From IMG/VR virus record IMGVR_UViG_3300032240_003128: a DNA stretch of 64,000 bases; one strand, 5' to 3'. The DNA is from a virus. The notes beneath the pieces were generated by a model, which was not told where the DNA came from, ran no database searches, and saw only the letters and a program-made list of their open reading frames with translations. Of this stretch, positions 24,009 through 33,293 are shown piece by piece. Position numbers and translations under genes: made by a program. Every line of letters starts with the position of its first letter. Positions within the stretch are counted from its first letter, which is position 1.

Positions 24009-24764
24009 TTGAAAATCAAACACATTTCAATTTCTCGATCTGGCGTATGGCATGAATGCCAAGTGAAGTATCGTTATAAATATCATCTTGAAGTTATTCC
24101 TAACAAACCTGAACCACCATATTTTGCTTATGGCAAACTTGTTCATAAAGCAGCAGAACTTTATGTGAAAGATAAAGGCGCAAGCAACATTCATAAAATT
24201 GCTACTGAATTGTTAAGTGGAAGCATTAGCGATGAATTCAAAAATTTAAAATTAAGCCAAGAATATAAGAGAAAATTGCCGAATCACTTGTCAAGCATAG
24301 AAAAAATCACATCAAAAGTTGGTTATGAAGGATTGCTAGAGCATGAAATAAAATTAGATTTAATTCCGCCAAATGAAAAATTTCTTCTTGGATATGTTGA
24401 TAGAATCATATTCAATGAAGATAAAACAATGATTCTTGATTACAAGACAACAAAGCCCGGATTTTACCAAAAAGACAACAATACAATTAAGCATGACTTG
24501 CAGCTAAGAACATATGCTTATTATGTTTGCAAACAATTCAATCTTGATCCTAGCAAAGTTTTTTGTTGTTTGTATTATTTGGAAAATAAAAAATTAGTTT
24601 GTACGAGCTATACTCAAGAGCAAATGTCAGAAGCCATTGACAGCTTGAAAAAAGATTATACATTGATAGAATCAATAGGCGAAGGCAATGCCAAGCCAAA
24701 TGTAGGCAATCACTGCAAAAGATGTGATTACCAAGATGTTTGTCCTTATGGCAGAAATGTTTAG
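24009..24764 (+). CDS. PD-(D/E)XK nuclease, RecB/Cas4-like
   Basis: GKLVHKAAE; GYVDRI; ILDYKT; QLRTY; N-terminal Cys plus C-terminal CxxCx5C. Confidence 0.85.
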   Translation: MKIKHISISRSGVWHECQVKYRYKYHLEVIPNKPEPPYFAYGKLVHKAAELYVKDKGASNIHKIATELLSGSISDEFKNLKLSQEYKRKLPNHLSSIEKITSKVGYEGLLEHEIKLDLIPPNEKFLLGYVDRIIFNEDKTMILDYKTTKPGFYQKDNNTIKHDLQLRTYAYYVCKQFNLDPSKVFCCLYYLENKKLVCTSYTQEQMSEAIDSLKKDYTLIESIGEGNAKPNVGNHCKRCDYQDVCPYGRNV

Positions 24765-24772
24765 GAGAATTC

Positions 24773-25201
24773 ATGTATAACATTCACAATCACATGATAT
24801 TTCTTGACAGTGATGCAAGAAACGCTTTGCACGAAGGCAAAGAAGTTGAAGGACAAGGATTTTTGACAGTGATTGATATGGAAGCAAAAAAGCTAGATTT
24901 TTCAACGGTAGACGAATTGGTTTGTAGATATAAAATTAATTCTTGTGCAAAAATAAGTGCAGTTTTATTTGATGAAGAAAGCGAAAGTAAACACATTTCT
25001 ATAAATTTCAATTCAGATAAACTGAAAATTGACATGGATGAAATATTAGATATCAGTAACGCAGGTAAAGAAAAAATTGTATTTTCTATAGTAGAAAAAA
25101 ATGCAATTAATTACATTTGTCTGTCAGATATAAGTTTATTGAAAAACAATTATGTCTTTATGGACGATATTAACAATTTTTCAGAGCAAGAGAAAATCTG
25201 A
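24773..25201 (+). CDS. Hypothetical protein
   Basis: ATG at 24773 preceded by AGGAG. Confidence 0.55.
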   Translation: MYNIHNHMIFLDSDARNALHEGKEVEGQGFLTVIDMEAKKLDFSTVDELVCRYKINSCAKISAVLFDEESESKHISINFNSDKLKIDMDEILDISNAGKEKIVFSIVEKNAINYICLSDISLLKNNYVFMDDINNFSEQEKI

Positions 25202-25688
25202 CGCTAATTGTTTCTCCAGATGACAAAATGATTGGAGAAGACAATACAGCAGTGCTATAAAGATTACCAGATGTGCCAGAACTTGCATCGGTTAGAAACA
25301 AATTAACAACTGGACCCCATGATCCAGAAATTGCTGCAAATATGATTATATTGCTTCTAGCTTGATATATGCCGTTATTATTAACAATAGAAAATCCTGT
25401 TACTGAACTGGCAGGTTGTCTGCTATAACCACTACCTGCTGGTTCTCCTGACAAACTTGCCAATGTCTGGTCAGTTGTGATTGTGGCACGATTATCTAAT
25501 CCCAGATAATAATTTGTAGGAATATATGTGTTATTAGTAGGTCCGCCAATAAAAACAGCAGACAATATTCTTTCTTCTCCCTGAGCATGAAGAATGTTGT
25601 AAATATTTTCTTCTTTGTAAATCGTTTTTCCAGCTTGATCCTTCTGAACGATTTCATCAATTTTCATTATTCCATGCCAATTTTTCAT
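25170..25688 (-). CDS. Phage minor structural (tail/baseplate-associated) protein
   Basis: EPAGSGYSRQ...IIFAAISGSWGPV...SGNLY pattern typical of phage tail-associated proteins. Confidence 0.6.
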   Translation of the reverse strand: MKNWHGIMKIDEIVQKDQAGKTIYKEENIYNILHAQGEERILSAVFIGGPTNNTYIPTNYYLGLDNRATITTDQTLASLSGEPAGSGYSRQPASSVTGFSIVNNNGIYQARSNIIIFAAISGSWGPVVNLFLTDASSGTSGNLYSTAVLSSPIILSSGETISVRFSLALKNC

Positions 25689-25689
25689 T

Positions 25690-25971
25690 TTAATCTCCGC
25701 TAAAATAATTTAAATTTATTTTTTTCTTTAGTTCTTGCTTAGTCTTTTCATCATCAACCTTAGCTTCTATTTCATTGTTAATAAACATACTGATAGGATT
25801 GATATAATTTTTTGGTTTTTTGCCTAAATGAGAATATCTGTTATCTTGTTTTTCTTTGAAAACATAATACATTTCAGTTTTAAAAGTAAAATAACAAAAA
25901 GCACATCCTAATCTGCGTTTAGATATAATATGTCTGTAGTCAATACCACAATTAGGACATTTTTTGTTCAA
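25690..25971 (-). CDS. McsA-like zinc-binding protein (truncated)
   Basis: CPNCG...RLGCAFCYFTF...SHLGKKP matches the second zinc module of McsA (CPxCG...GRLGCxxCYxxF...HxGKxP). Confidence 0.7.
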   Translation of the reverse strand: MNKKCPNCGIDYRHIISKRRLGCAFCYFTFKTEMYYVFKEKQDNRYSHLGKKPKNYINPISMFINNEIEAKVDDEKTKQELKKKINLNYFSGD

Positions 25972-26771
25972 GATATAATCCTTCCTTTTATTTTGAACTG
26001 AAAGGCTAATTCATCGGTCTTTGATGATCCAGCAGGGATAACTCTTTTCAACCAAACAGGAATACCTTCGCTTGGTTTCAAACTTGTCAATTCTAAAGGT
26101 TCAATTGGAGTTACGAGTTGGAAATTAATATTTTCAGGCACTGCTAAAACATTTTGTGTTTTAGGAGTAATGATGTTTATCGGTGATCCTTCTTGAATCT
26201 TGTTTATAAAAAATTCTGTCGTTGGAGATAAGTTATTTGTTACCAAAGAAATCAAAGGATGATACTTAAATCCTGAATCTCCTTCAAAACTAACATCTAT
26301 GTTATAAAATCCTGTTTTAGCTTCAGCTGTTACAACAACTCCAAGTAATCCCAGATCGACTAACTGTTGTTGTAAATTTAAAGCTAATTGATCAGGATTA
26401 CTCGAAAAGTCTACAGCAAATTGATTTCCATCGTAATCTAAAACTAAATCGCCAGTGGTTGGTGATCCGCTTAAAGTTATTTTTTGTTGATCGTTTTGTT
26501 TATTCAATCCAATAAAACAAGAAATTTTACTTGAATTTTCTACAAAAATGCTAAAATTGTAAAGGGATTCAGTGTCGCTTTGATTGAAAATATAAAAACA
26601 CCTGTAATCAGTTAGTCCTTCTTTCAATTGTTCATCAGTTAAAGAATTGAATAATCCTTGAGATACTTCGCTTACTTCTATGACAGAAGGATCGCCGCCA
26701 AGACTTTTGAATGGGTCATAGTTGCCTTGACCACCGCTAAAAACAAAAACAATATCGCTTGTTGTAATCAT
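25968..26771 (-). CDS. Probable phage structural protein
   Basis: SGG..N.DP..SLGG...TDYRCFYIFN...VWLKRVIPAG pattern; CTATAT element upstream. Confidence 0.5.
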   Translation of the reverse strand: MITTSDIVFVFSGGQGNYDPFKSLGGDPSVIEVSEVSQGLFNSLTDEQLKEGLTDYRCFYIFNQSDTESLYNFSIFVENSSKISCFIGLNKQNDQQKITLSGSPTTGDLVLDYDGNQFAVDFSSNPDQLALNLQQQLVDLGLLGVVVTAEAKTGFYNIDVSFEGDSGFKYHPLISLVTNNLSPTTEFFINKIQEGSPINIITPKTQNVLAVPENINFQLVTPIEPLELTSLKPSEGIPVWLKRVIPAGSSKTDELAFQFKIKGRIIS

Positions 26772-26897
26772 TAAAATATTACCAATTATATTTAATATAT
26801 AGTTATTTGCGCTTGTAACTTGAATAATTTGTTTAGCAATTCTAATTTAATTTGTTACCAATGGCGTATCACCTGTTGATACCTTAAGGAGCTTAAA

Positions 26898-27776
26898 ATG
26901 AAAATTGGATCAGATGTTGAATGCTTTTTGCGGAACACTTCTGATCAAATTGTCAATGCTGCCTCGCACATCAATTATACTAAGCAATCACCTTATAAAA
27001 AGAAAAGAATAAGAATTTATTATGACAATGTTTTGGCAGAATTTAATATTCCCCCATGTGACAATGGCAAAGATTTTATAGTTAGCATGACCAATGGACT
27101 TTATCTTTTAGAAAAGTTAGCTAATCCTTGCAAATTAGATTTTACTGCTGCTGCAATAATCGATGAATCAATTGTTCGAGATAAAAATGCTTTAGAAAAT
27201 GGATGTAATGATGAAACAAATGCTTACAGCTTATCTTTCAACAAAGACATAGAAAACTTTATAAAAACAAGTAGATTTAGAACAAGTGGTGGTCACATCC
27301 ATATAGGATGTGATAATGAAGAAGAAGATTTGTTAGATCCTGTTATCAAACCTTTGTTTGTTTATATGCTTGATTTGTTTTTAGGAATTCCAAGTATTAT
27401 ATTAGACAAAGATATCACACAAATCAATAGAAGGCAAGCTTTTGGAAAAGCAGGTGCTTACAGATCGAAAAGTTATGGAATTGAATATAGAGTTTTAAGT
27501 TCTTGGTGGGTGACTAAGCCTGAATATATTGCTTTGATATACAATATTGTTAATTTTGTTTATTATAGCATGCAAGACAAGATATGGGAAAAATTTTGGT
27601 CTATCAACCAATATGAAGATCAAATTTCGTATAATTGTTTTGGCTACGATGTAGACATTGTAAAAAACACGATAAATAATTGTGATAAAAATAACGCAGA
27701 AAAATTGTTAAATTTTATTAGCAATTTCATGCCAAATGAATTAATAGAACAAATAAATCAAATAAAAAATCTATGA
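26898..27776 (+). CDS. phiEco32-like COOH-NH2 ligase (type 2)
   Basis: IGSDVECF; DNVLAEFNIPP; RTSGGHIHIG; RRQAFGKAGAYRSKSYGIEYRVLSSWW. Confidence 0.9.
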   Translation: MKIGSDVECFLRNTSDQIVNAASHINYTKQSPYKKKRIRIYYDNVLAEFNIPPCDNGKDFIVSMTNGLYLLEKLANPCKLDFTAAAIIDESIVRDKNALENGCNDETNAYSLSFNKDIENFIKTSRFRTSGGHIHIGCDNEEEDLLDPVIKPLFVYMLDLFLGIPSIILDKDITQINRRQAFGKAGAYRSKSYGIEYRVLSSWWVTKPEYIALIYNIVNFVYYSMQDKIWEKFWSINQYEDQISYNCFGYDVDIVKNTINNCDKNNAEKLLNFISNFMPNELIEQINQIKNL

Positions 27777-28666
27777 TGAAACTAAAAGCAAGTTCGCATT
27801 TTACGAACTTGCCGAATCAATTTTACAATCAGAAAACAAAACAAGTGTCTGTAATAGTTCCTGTTTACAAAAGCCAAGATGTAATTGAATCGTTAGTTGA
27901 ATCTTTTGTTAATGCCGCAAATACAATTGAAACAGAAATTGTATTTGCCGATGATGCATGTCCTAATAAAACAAAAAATAAAATATTTGAAATTTGCATG
28001 AAGTATGAAAAAGAATTAACAGCAAAATACAGCATCAAGATTATTGAAAGTGAAACAAATCGTGGTTATGGAGGCAATTGTAATTGGGGCGCTAAACACG
28101 CTACAGGCGATTATTTAATTTTTCTGAATGCAGACACTAAAGTCACGAATAATTGGATAGAGCCCTTAATTCAACACCTTCAAGACGAAAAAGTTGGGAT
28201 AGTTGGAAATCTTCAATTACGTTGGGGTGGTAAATTCGATGGTGCTGTTGATAGTGCTGGATCAGAATGGAGCAACTCACATAAATCATTTTTGCACATT
28301 GGAGGCAGGATTTACAAAGGCAAAATATTAAACAATCCTTTTTATATTCATAACGCTCCATCAGGGATGTTGACAACAAGTGAAAGACAAATGGTTACAG
28401 GATGTTGTGTTGCTATTAGAAAAAATTTATTTTTTGAAATAGGAATGTATGATGAACAATATTTAGTAGGATATTGTGAAGACGCAGATATGTGCATGAC
28501 TTTGAAAGAACGAGGCTATAAAGTTATATTCGAACCGGCATCTTTAATTTATCATAAAAAGCATCATTCAAAATCTTTAAATCATCCTTTTATGCAAAGA
28601 AATAAAAATGTTTTTTTTACAAAATGGATAAAGAACAATAAATTAAAAGATTTATTAAAAAATTAA
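27773..28666 (+). CDS. Glycosyltransferase family 2
   Basis: VSVIVPVY; FADDAC; NRGYGGNCNWG; FLNADT; YCEDADMC. Confidence 0.9.
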   Translation: MMKLKASSHFTNLPNQFYNQKTKQVSVIVPVYKSQDVIESLVESFVNAANTIETEIVFADDACPNKTKNKIFEICMKYEKELTAKYSIKIIESETNRGYGGNCNWGAKHATGDYLIFLNADTKVTNNWIEPLIQHLQDEKVGIVGNLQLRWGGKFDGAVDSAGSEWSNSHKSFLHIGGRIYKGKILNNPFYIHNAPSGMLTTSERQMVTGCCVAIRKNLFFEIGMYDEQYLVGYCEDADMCMTLKERGYKVIFEPASLIYHKKHHSKSLNHPFMQRNKNVFFTKWIKNNKLKDLLKN

Positions 28667-28694
28667 GCCTCTGGCACAACTGCACCAGAGGCTT
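28665..28694. terminator. Terminator hairpin between convergent genes
   Basis: AAGCCTCTGG-N10-CCAGAGGCTT. Confidence 0.7.
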
Positions 28695-28713
28695 GACTAG
28701 TTATTTACTTCAT

Positions 28714-29664
28714 TCACTTCTTAGATGATTTTTTCCAAGACATTTTCTGTGGCATTTTCTGAAGCATTTGAGGTGCAGCAGACATTTTCTTCTTGGACAT
28801 TTTCTGTGGCATTTTCTGAAGCATTTGAGGTGCAGCAGACATTTTCTTTTTGGACATCTTCTGTGGCATTTGAGGCATCTTCTGTGGCATAGAAGTCATC
28901 TTTTTCTTAGACATCTTATAGCTTTTCTTTTTTGACTTCTTTGGCATTACTTTCATTTTCATTTCGCCGCATTTGCATTTATCGCAGCAGCCACAGCCAA
29001 CTTTGCTCTTCTTCTTTTTGCCTTTTTTCTTGCCCAAAACATATTTTCTAAGCTGTGGAGGAATAACACCTTCATTAAGAATGTTGCCATTCAACTTTTC
29101 ATTTACATGAGGGTTGATTATTGATCTGACGCTTTCCAACCAACCATTGAACTCTGGAGTGTTGTTTTCTGCTTTCATGTAGGAACCACAATAGCCACAC
29201 TTCTTAGCAACTACCATTTTGCCGTGATCGTGATCATGACCGTGATGATCATCATCCATGTCATCTTCAACAATTTCTACTTCGCCAGTTTCATCTTGCA
29301 TGTCTTCTACATCTTCATCATCTTCCATGTCTTCATCGTCTTCCATGTCTTCATCATCTTCCATATCTTCATCATCTTCCATATCTTCATCATCTTCCAT
29401 GTCTTCATCATCTTCCATGTCTTCATCATCTTCCATATCATCGTCTAAATCTTCATCATCTTCCATATCATCGTCTAAATCTTCATCATCTTCCATATCT
29501 TCATCGTCTTCCATGTCTTCTTCATCTTCTTCTTCCATATCTTCTTCATGAACTTTTTCATTAAGAGGACTGTAAGCTAAAAATCCCTTGGGAGATTTTA
29601 AACTCATGGGACTCAAAGACATAAAGCTTTCGTTTAGCTTTTTCCATTTATCATAATTCAACAT
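28714..29664 (-). CDS. Bipartite low-complexity protein (acidic DMEDDE repeats, His/Cys patch, Lys/Met-rich tail); probable internal head protein
   Basis: ATG at 29664 with GGAG SD and TATATA upstream; 18-bp repeats at ~29310-29545; 57-bp duplication at 28739-28852. Confidence 0.75.
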   Translation of the reverse strand: MLNYDKWKKLNESFMSLSPMSLKSPKGFLAYSPLNEKVHEEDMEEEDEEDMEDDEDMEDDEDLDDDMEDDEDLDDDMEDDEDMEDDEDMEDDEDMEDDEDMEDDEDMEDDEDMEDDEDVEDMQDETGEVEIVEDDMDDDHHGHDHDHGKMVVAKKCGYCGSYMKAENNTPEFNGWLESVRSIINPHVNEKLNGNILNEGVIPPQLRKYVLGKKKGKKKKSKVGCGCCDKCKCGEMKMKVMPKKSKKKSYKMSKKKMTSMPQKMPQMPQKMSKKKMSAAPQMLQKMPQKMSKKKMSAAPQMLQKMPQKMSWKKSSKK

Positions 29665-29705
29665 GTGTTTTGTCTCCAAAAACTTGATTTTATATATATA
29701 CTTGT

Positions 29706-29921
29706 CTAAATCATTTTTCCTAAAGATTTTCTTATAGATTCTCTTCTTTTTCTTTCTATTTCTAAACGATTTTTGTCCATTCCGACAGGTGCTGTTTGTT
29801 CAATCTGTGGTTCGGTGTTATTAGATCCAATTGAACGAACAATGTTTTGCTGCACAGTAGGTTTGATTGCGTTAGCAACTCTTTTTGGTAAATTACCTTT
29901 TTTCCCACATCCGCAAGCCAT
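29706..29921 (-). CDS. Small basic protein (MACGCGKK...)
   Basis: GGAGG SD; divergent from the TPR gene. Confidence 0.65.
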   Translation of the reverse strand: MACGCGKKGNLPKRVANAIKPTVQQNIVRSIGSNNTEPQIEQTAPVGMDKNRLEIERKRRESIRKSLGKMI

Positions 29922-29952
29922 GAAGCCTCCTATTCATACTAATTTATATACT

Positions 29953-31389
29953 ATGGAAGAAATTAATTTAGAAGACTTGAAAAAAAAACTTGACAAAACT
30001 CTTAATGAATATTTTAAGTCAAAAAATATTCAAATGGCTGAACAAGTTTTAGAGCAAGCAATAAAAGTTTTTGATGATCACAAATACTATCAATATCTCA
30101 CAATTATAAAACAAAAAATGAAAAAAATGGATGAAAATGATTTGCTTCTGCCGCAATTATGTCAGAAGTATAACAATCCAGATGATTGGAACAATTATGC
30201 GATTCATCTCAAAGATAGAAAAAAATTTGTTGAATCTGTTGTTGCTTCTCAGAAAGCAATAAAATTAAATCCAAATAAAGCAGCTTACTACTGCAATCAA
30301 GCATTATCTTTGACACAATTGGATAGACATCAAATTGCTGTAAAAAAAATTGATCAAGCATTATTGATATCGCCTAATGAATGGTTTTTAAATGCTAATA
30401 AAGCTTGCTGTTTAGCTGATATTGGAAAATATGAAGAATCTTTTCCTTGCTTTGAAAAAGCACTAGCAAACGAACAGTGCAATAAAGAAGTTGAAGTAGA
30501 TTATTTCCATGCATTAGCTTTTCAAAAAAATTACAAAGAAGCATGGAAAAGATATGAATCAAGATATAAATGTTATCAAAATCTTATGGATTACATGAAA
30601 AAACACAATTTGGAAAGACCAGAAGAATTAAAAGAAGATATGGAATTGTGTGTGTTCATGGAACAAGGATCTGGTGATAATTTAATGTTTTTGAGGTTTT
30701 TGAAAGAATTCCAAGATAAATACAAAAACTCTTATTTTGCAACTAGTGAAAATTTCAAAGAAATTTGCAATGGACTAAGAGTTGAACTAGAGATAAAACC
30801 TACAACGAAATACGGAATATCAATACTAAGTTTACCGTATTATCTTGGATCAACAGAAATACCTGAGCCTTATAGGCTTGGAAATTATGCTTACACAGGA
30901 AACATCAAAAAAGTTGGAATTGTTTGGGCAGGTAATCCAGCGCATCCGATGGACTATCAGCGAAGTTGTTATGCAGAAGATTTTCTAAGTCAGATAGATT
31001 TCAACAAATATAAAATTTATTCTTTTCAAAAAGACAATAGACCAAGAAAATATGTTCATTCTGATGAAATTATTGATTTTTCTAAAAATTTAGAAAAATA
31101 TAAAGTGATTGATTTGTCGAACAGATTAAATTCTATAAATGATACTGTCAAGTGTTTAGAACAAATGGATTATTTTATTAGTGTTGATAGTTTGCCTATA
31201 CATATTGCTGGAGCAGTTGGTATTCCTAGTGCGGTAATTGTAAGTGATAAGCCTGATTGGCGTTGGGGTAAAACAGGGGATTATTCTGAATGGTATCCGA
31301 ATATTAGGATATACAGAAAAGACAAAACCCAATCACTAAAAAGCGTGATTGGGTCTTGCCTAGTTGATTTAGAAGATATATCAGGATGA
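29953..31389 (+). CDS. TPR-repeat protein fused to a GT9-like glycosyltransferase
   Basis: TPR helices (AIKLNPNKAAYYCN); EQGSGDNLMFLRF; KVGIVWAGNP; ISVDSLPIHIAGAVG; DWRW. The likely start is ATG 29953, because the longer ORF overlaps the opposite-strand gene. Confidence 0.85.
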   Translation: MEEINLEDLKKKLDKTLNEYFKSKNIQMAEQVLEQAIKVFDDHKYYQYLTIIKQKMKKMDENDLLLPQLCQKYNNPDDWNNYAIHLKDRKKFVESVVASQKAIKLNPNKAAYYCNQALSLTQLDRHQIAVKKIDQALLISPNEWFLNANKACCLADIGKYEESFPCFEKALANEQCNKEVEVDYFHALAFQKNYKEAWKRYESRYKCYQNLMDYMKKHNLERPEELKEDMELCVFMEQGSGDNLMFLRFLKEFQDKYKNSYFATSENFKEICNGLRVELEIKPTTKYGISILSLPYYLGSTEIPEPYRLGNYAYTGNIKKVGIVWAGNPAHPMDYQRSCYAEDFLSQIDFNKYKIYSFQKDNRPRKYVHSDEIIDFSKNLEKYKVIDLSNRLNSINDTVKCLEQMDYFISVDSLPIHIAGAVGIPSAVIVSDKPDWRWGKTGDYSEWYPNIRIYRKDKTQSLKSVIGSCLVDLEDISG

Positions 31390-31779
31390 AGCGCAAGCGC
31401 CAGTTACTGGGCAAGCACCGCTAACTGGAGTGAAGGTGGCAACCTTCTTGGCTCTTGGGGAACTCTTGGTAGCTGGGGTGCCAAGATCAAAAACAGGAAG
31501 ACGCTTGAGAGCGTTGGCACGATCACGACATGCCTTTGTGAGAGCAGACCTAGTGGTGAAAATAGTACTGCCATCGTTACGCAATACCTTTGTTGCCTTA
31601 AATCCGGGGATTTCGGCAGTAGCTTCATATACTTCGTTTGAACCTTCCAACCTTGTCATAATGCGATAACGGATGCTGTTAGCAGAAGGTGCAGTCTTGC
31701 CCTTAGTGGCAGTTGCCTTAGCAATTGGCTTAACCTTCTTAACAGTTTTAACAGTCTTGGTAGTACTAGTATTCATCAC
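31381..31779 (-). CDS. Basic protein with Lys/Thr/Ala-rich N-terminal tail, possible DNA-binding protein
   Basis: TKTVKTVKKVKPIAKATATKGKTA; SD AAGGGAG; higher GC and biased codons. Confidence 0.6.
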   Translation of the reverse strand: MMNTSTTKTVKTVKKVKPIAKATATKGKTAPSANSIRYRIMTRLEGSNEVYEATAEIPGFKATKVLRNDGSTIFTTRSALTKACRDRANALKRLPVFDLGTPATKSSPRAKKVATFTPVSGACPVTGACASS

Positions 31780-31878
31780 ACTCTCCCTTTATGTTGCGCC
31801 AAATTCAAAGCGCATTCTGTTGTGTGCCTTATAGACACTTAAAAACCCAATTTAAAATAGTAAGATTTAACGAGCAAG

Positions 31879-32439
31879 TCAAATAAAAAGACGTTCTCTT
31901 TGCAAAAAACTCGAAAAATTTAATTGATCAACATGAAAATCACTGGCGACAAAGTTGATAGCAACATAAGGGTATTTGTTTAAAAACATATATTTAAATT
32001 TATCAGTTGTATTCTTGAAATGATTTTTTGATAAAATATTAAAACTTTTATAATAATCAAATATTTCAACAAATTTTTTATATATGTTTGTTGGATTTTC
32101 TTCTTCATGAATATACCAAATCATATTGTTAAAATTGTATTCAAGAAAATTTGATTTTATTCCGCAAATCATTTGTTGGTATTCGATTTGTTCAAGATCG
32201 TTTTTAGAAATTCCTAACTTATGAAACAAGTATAAACAAGGTTTAAATGTAAAAATTTTTATTTGTTTGAATTGTTTTATTTTCTTTGAACAGAAAACAC
32301 AAGCATCTTCGTTGTCTTTAAATTCGTTTGCATAGCAGTATGTTTTGCAAATTGTACACAGACGAATATTTTCTGCTCCTGCATTTTCAGCAATTTCTTC
32401 AAAAGATGTAGCAGTAAATTGCAATGATTTTTTAGACAT
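31879..32439 (-). CDS. Hypothetical protein with N-terminal zinc finger
   Basis: CTIC...CVFC. Confidence 0.55.
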   Translation of the reverse strand: MSKKSLQFTATSFEEIAENAGAENIRLCTICKTYCYANEFKDNEDACVFCSKKIKQFKQIKIFTFKPCLYLFHKLGISKNDLEQIEYQQMICGIKSNFLEYNFNNMIWYIHEEENPTNIYKKFVEIFDYYKSFNILSKNHFKNTTDKFKYMFLNKYPYVAINFVASDFHVDQLNFSSFLQRERLFI

Positions 32440-32505
32440 AATTTACATAAAAATGAAACGATCTATCTAAATAAGAATAAGGAAAATTTTTTTAAGAGGT
32501 AATAC

Positions 32506-32724
32506 ATGAAAACATTTACCGATTGGGCATCTGATAACAAATTAAGGATTCCGACTGTTAACGAAAATGCCAAACGTGGTGGTATCGCTCCATACGCTTA
32601 TCCAGATGCTTACGCAAGAGGACAGTATCCTTCTAACTATTTTACTCCAATTGCCGCTGATGCTCCATTTAAGCTCCAAGCTAGCAAAATTGCAAGGGGT
32701 GGTCCTAGAGAATTGAACGCTTAA
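32506..32724 (+). CDS. Small protein, paralog A of a YPDAY pair; possible internal head protein
   Basis: GAGG SD, CTAAATA upstream, MKTFTDW...VNE N-terminus. Confidence 0.75.
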   Translation: MKTFTDWASDNKLRIPTVNENAKRGGIAPYAYPDAYARGQYPSNYFTPIAADAPFKLQASKIARGGPRELNA

Positions 32725-32952
32725 TGAATTTTGTTGAATATTTGGAAAAAAAATCCAAATATTTTAGAATCAATTAGAAGATCTGGTATAGCGCATTGGG
32801 CTTATCCCGATGCCTATATTCGTTCTCATTACACAGCTGGATATTTCATGCCAACAGCCGCTGATGCCTTGTTTAAGATGGGTCCGAAAGTAGATGAGAA
32901 AAAAGTAGATCATGGACAATTCCGCTACACACATCATGATCGCATAAATTAA
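32724..32952 (+). CDS. Small protein, paralog B of the YPDAY pair; N-terminus apparently split by an A8 run
   Basis: TAATG-coupled ATG at 32724 reads MNFVEYLEK, while the conserved body is in the +1 frame after A8 (32746-32753). Confidence 0.6.
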
Positions 32953-33293
32953 GGTGAAGGATTTGTTTTTTTATTTAAAAGTTTCTTTCTTTCCTCGATA
33001 ATAACTGAATCTTTTTCTGCTGGTATTGAATCAAGATTGTTGTGATAATAACCCCAAAATTCAGTATTTGATATATTTTGGATGATCAATCCAATTTTAG
33101 TATATTTGAAAATAATTTCTTCTACTCTTTCTTGAGAAATATTTGTTTCTTTTGATATTGCCGAAACGCTACGCCAATTCTTATATTTTTTATTTCTTGC
33201 TAAACTAATGAAAAATTTCTTCTCTTCTTCGCCTTCTGGAGTACCTTGGGGATAAATTTCGTACCATTCTGGAATTTTATTTTTATTATTCAT
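32949..33293 (-). CDS. Winged-helix/HTH-like hypothetical protein
   Basis: WRSVSAISKETNISQERVEEIIFKYTKIGLI; likely start 33293. Confidence 0.6.
   Translation of the reverse strand: MNNKNKIPEWYEIYPQGTPEGEEEKKFFISLARNKKYKNWRSVSAISKETNISQERVEEIIFKYTKIGLIIQNISNTEFWGYYHNNLDSIPAEKDSVIIEERKKLLNKKTNPSP

Noticed and set aside
24009-24764. Cas4-like nuclease as part of a CRISPR-Cas system
   Set aside because: No array or other cas genes; stand-alone nucleases of this type are common in phages.
29224-29551. Poly-Ser and Ile/Phe/His ORFs on the + strand
   Set aside because: Antisense shadows of the DMEDDE repeat.
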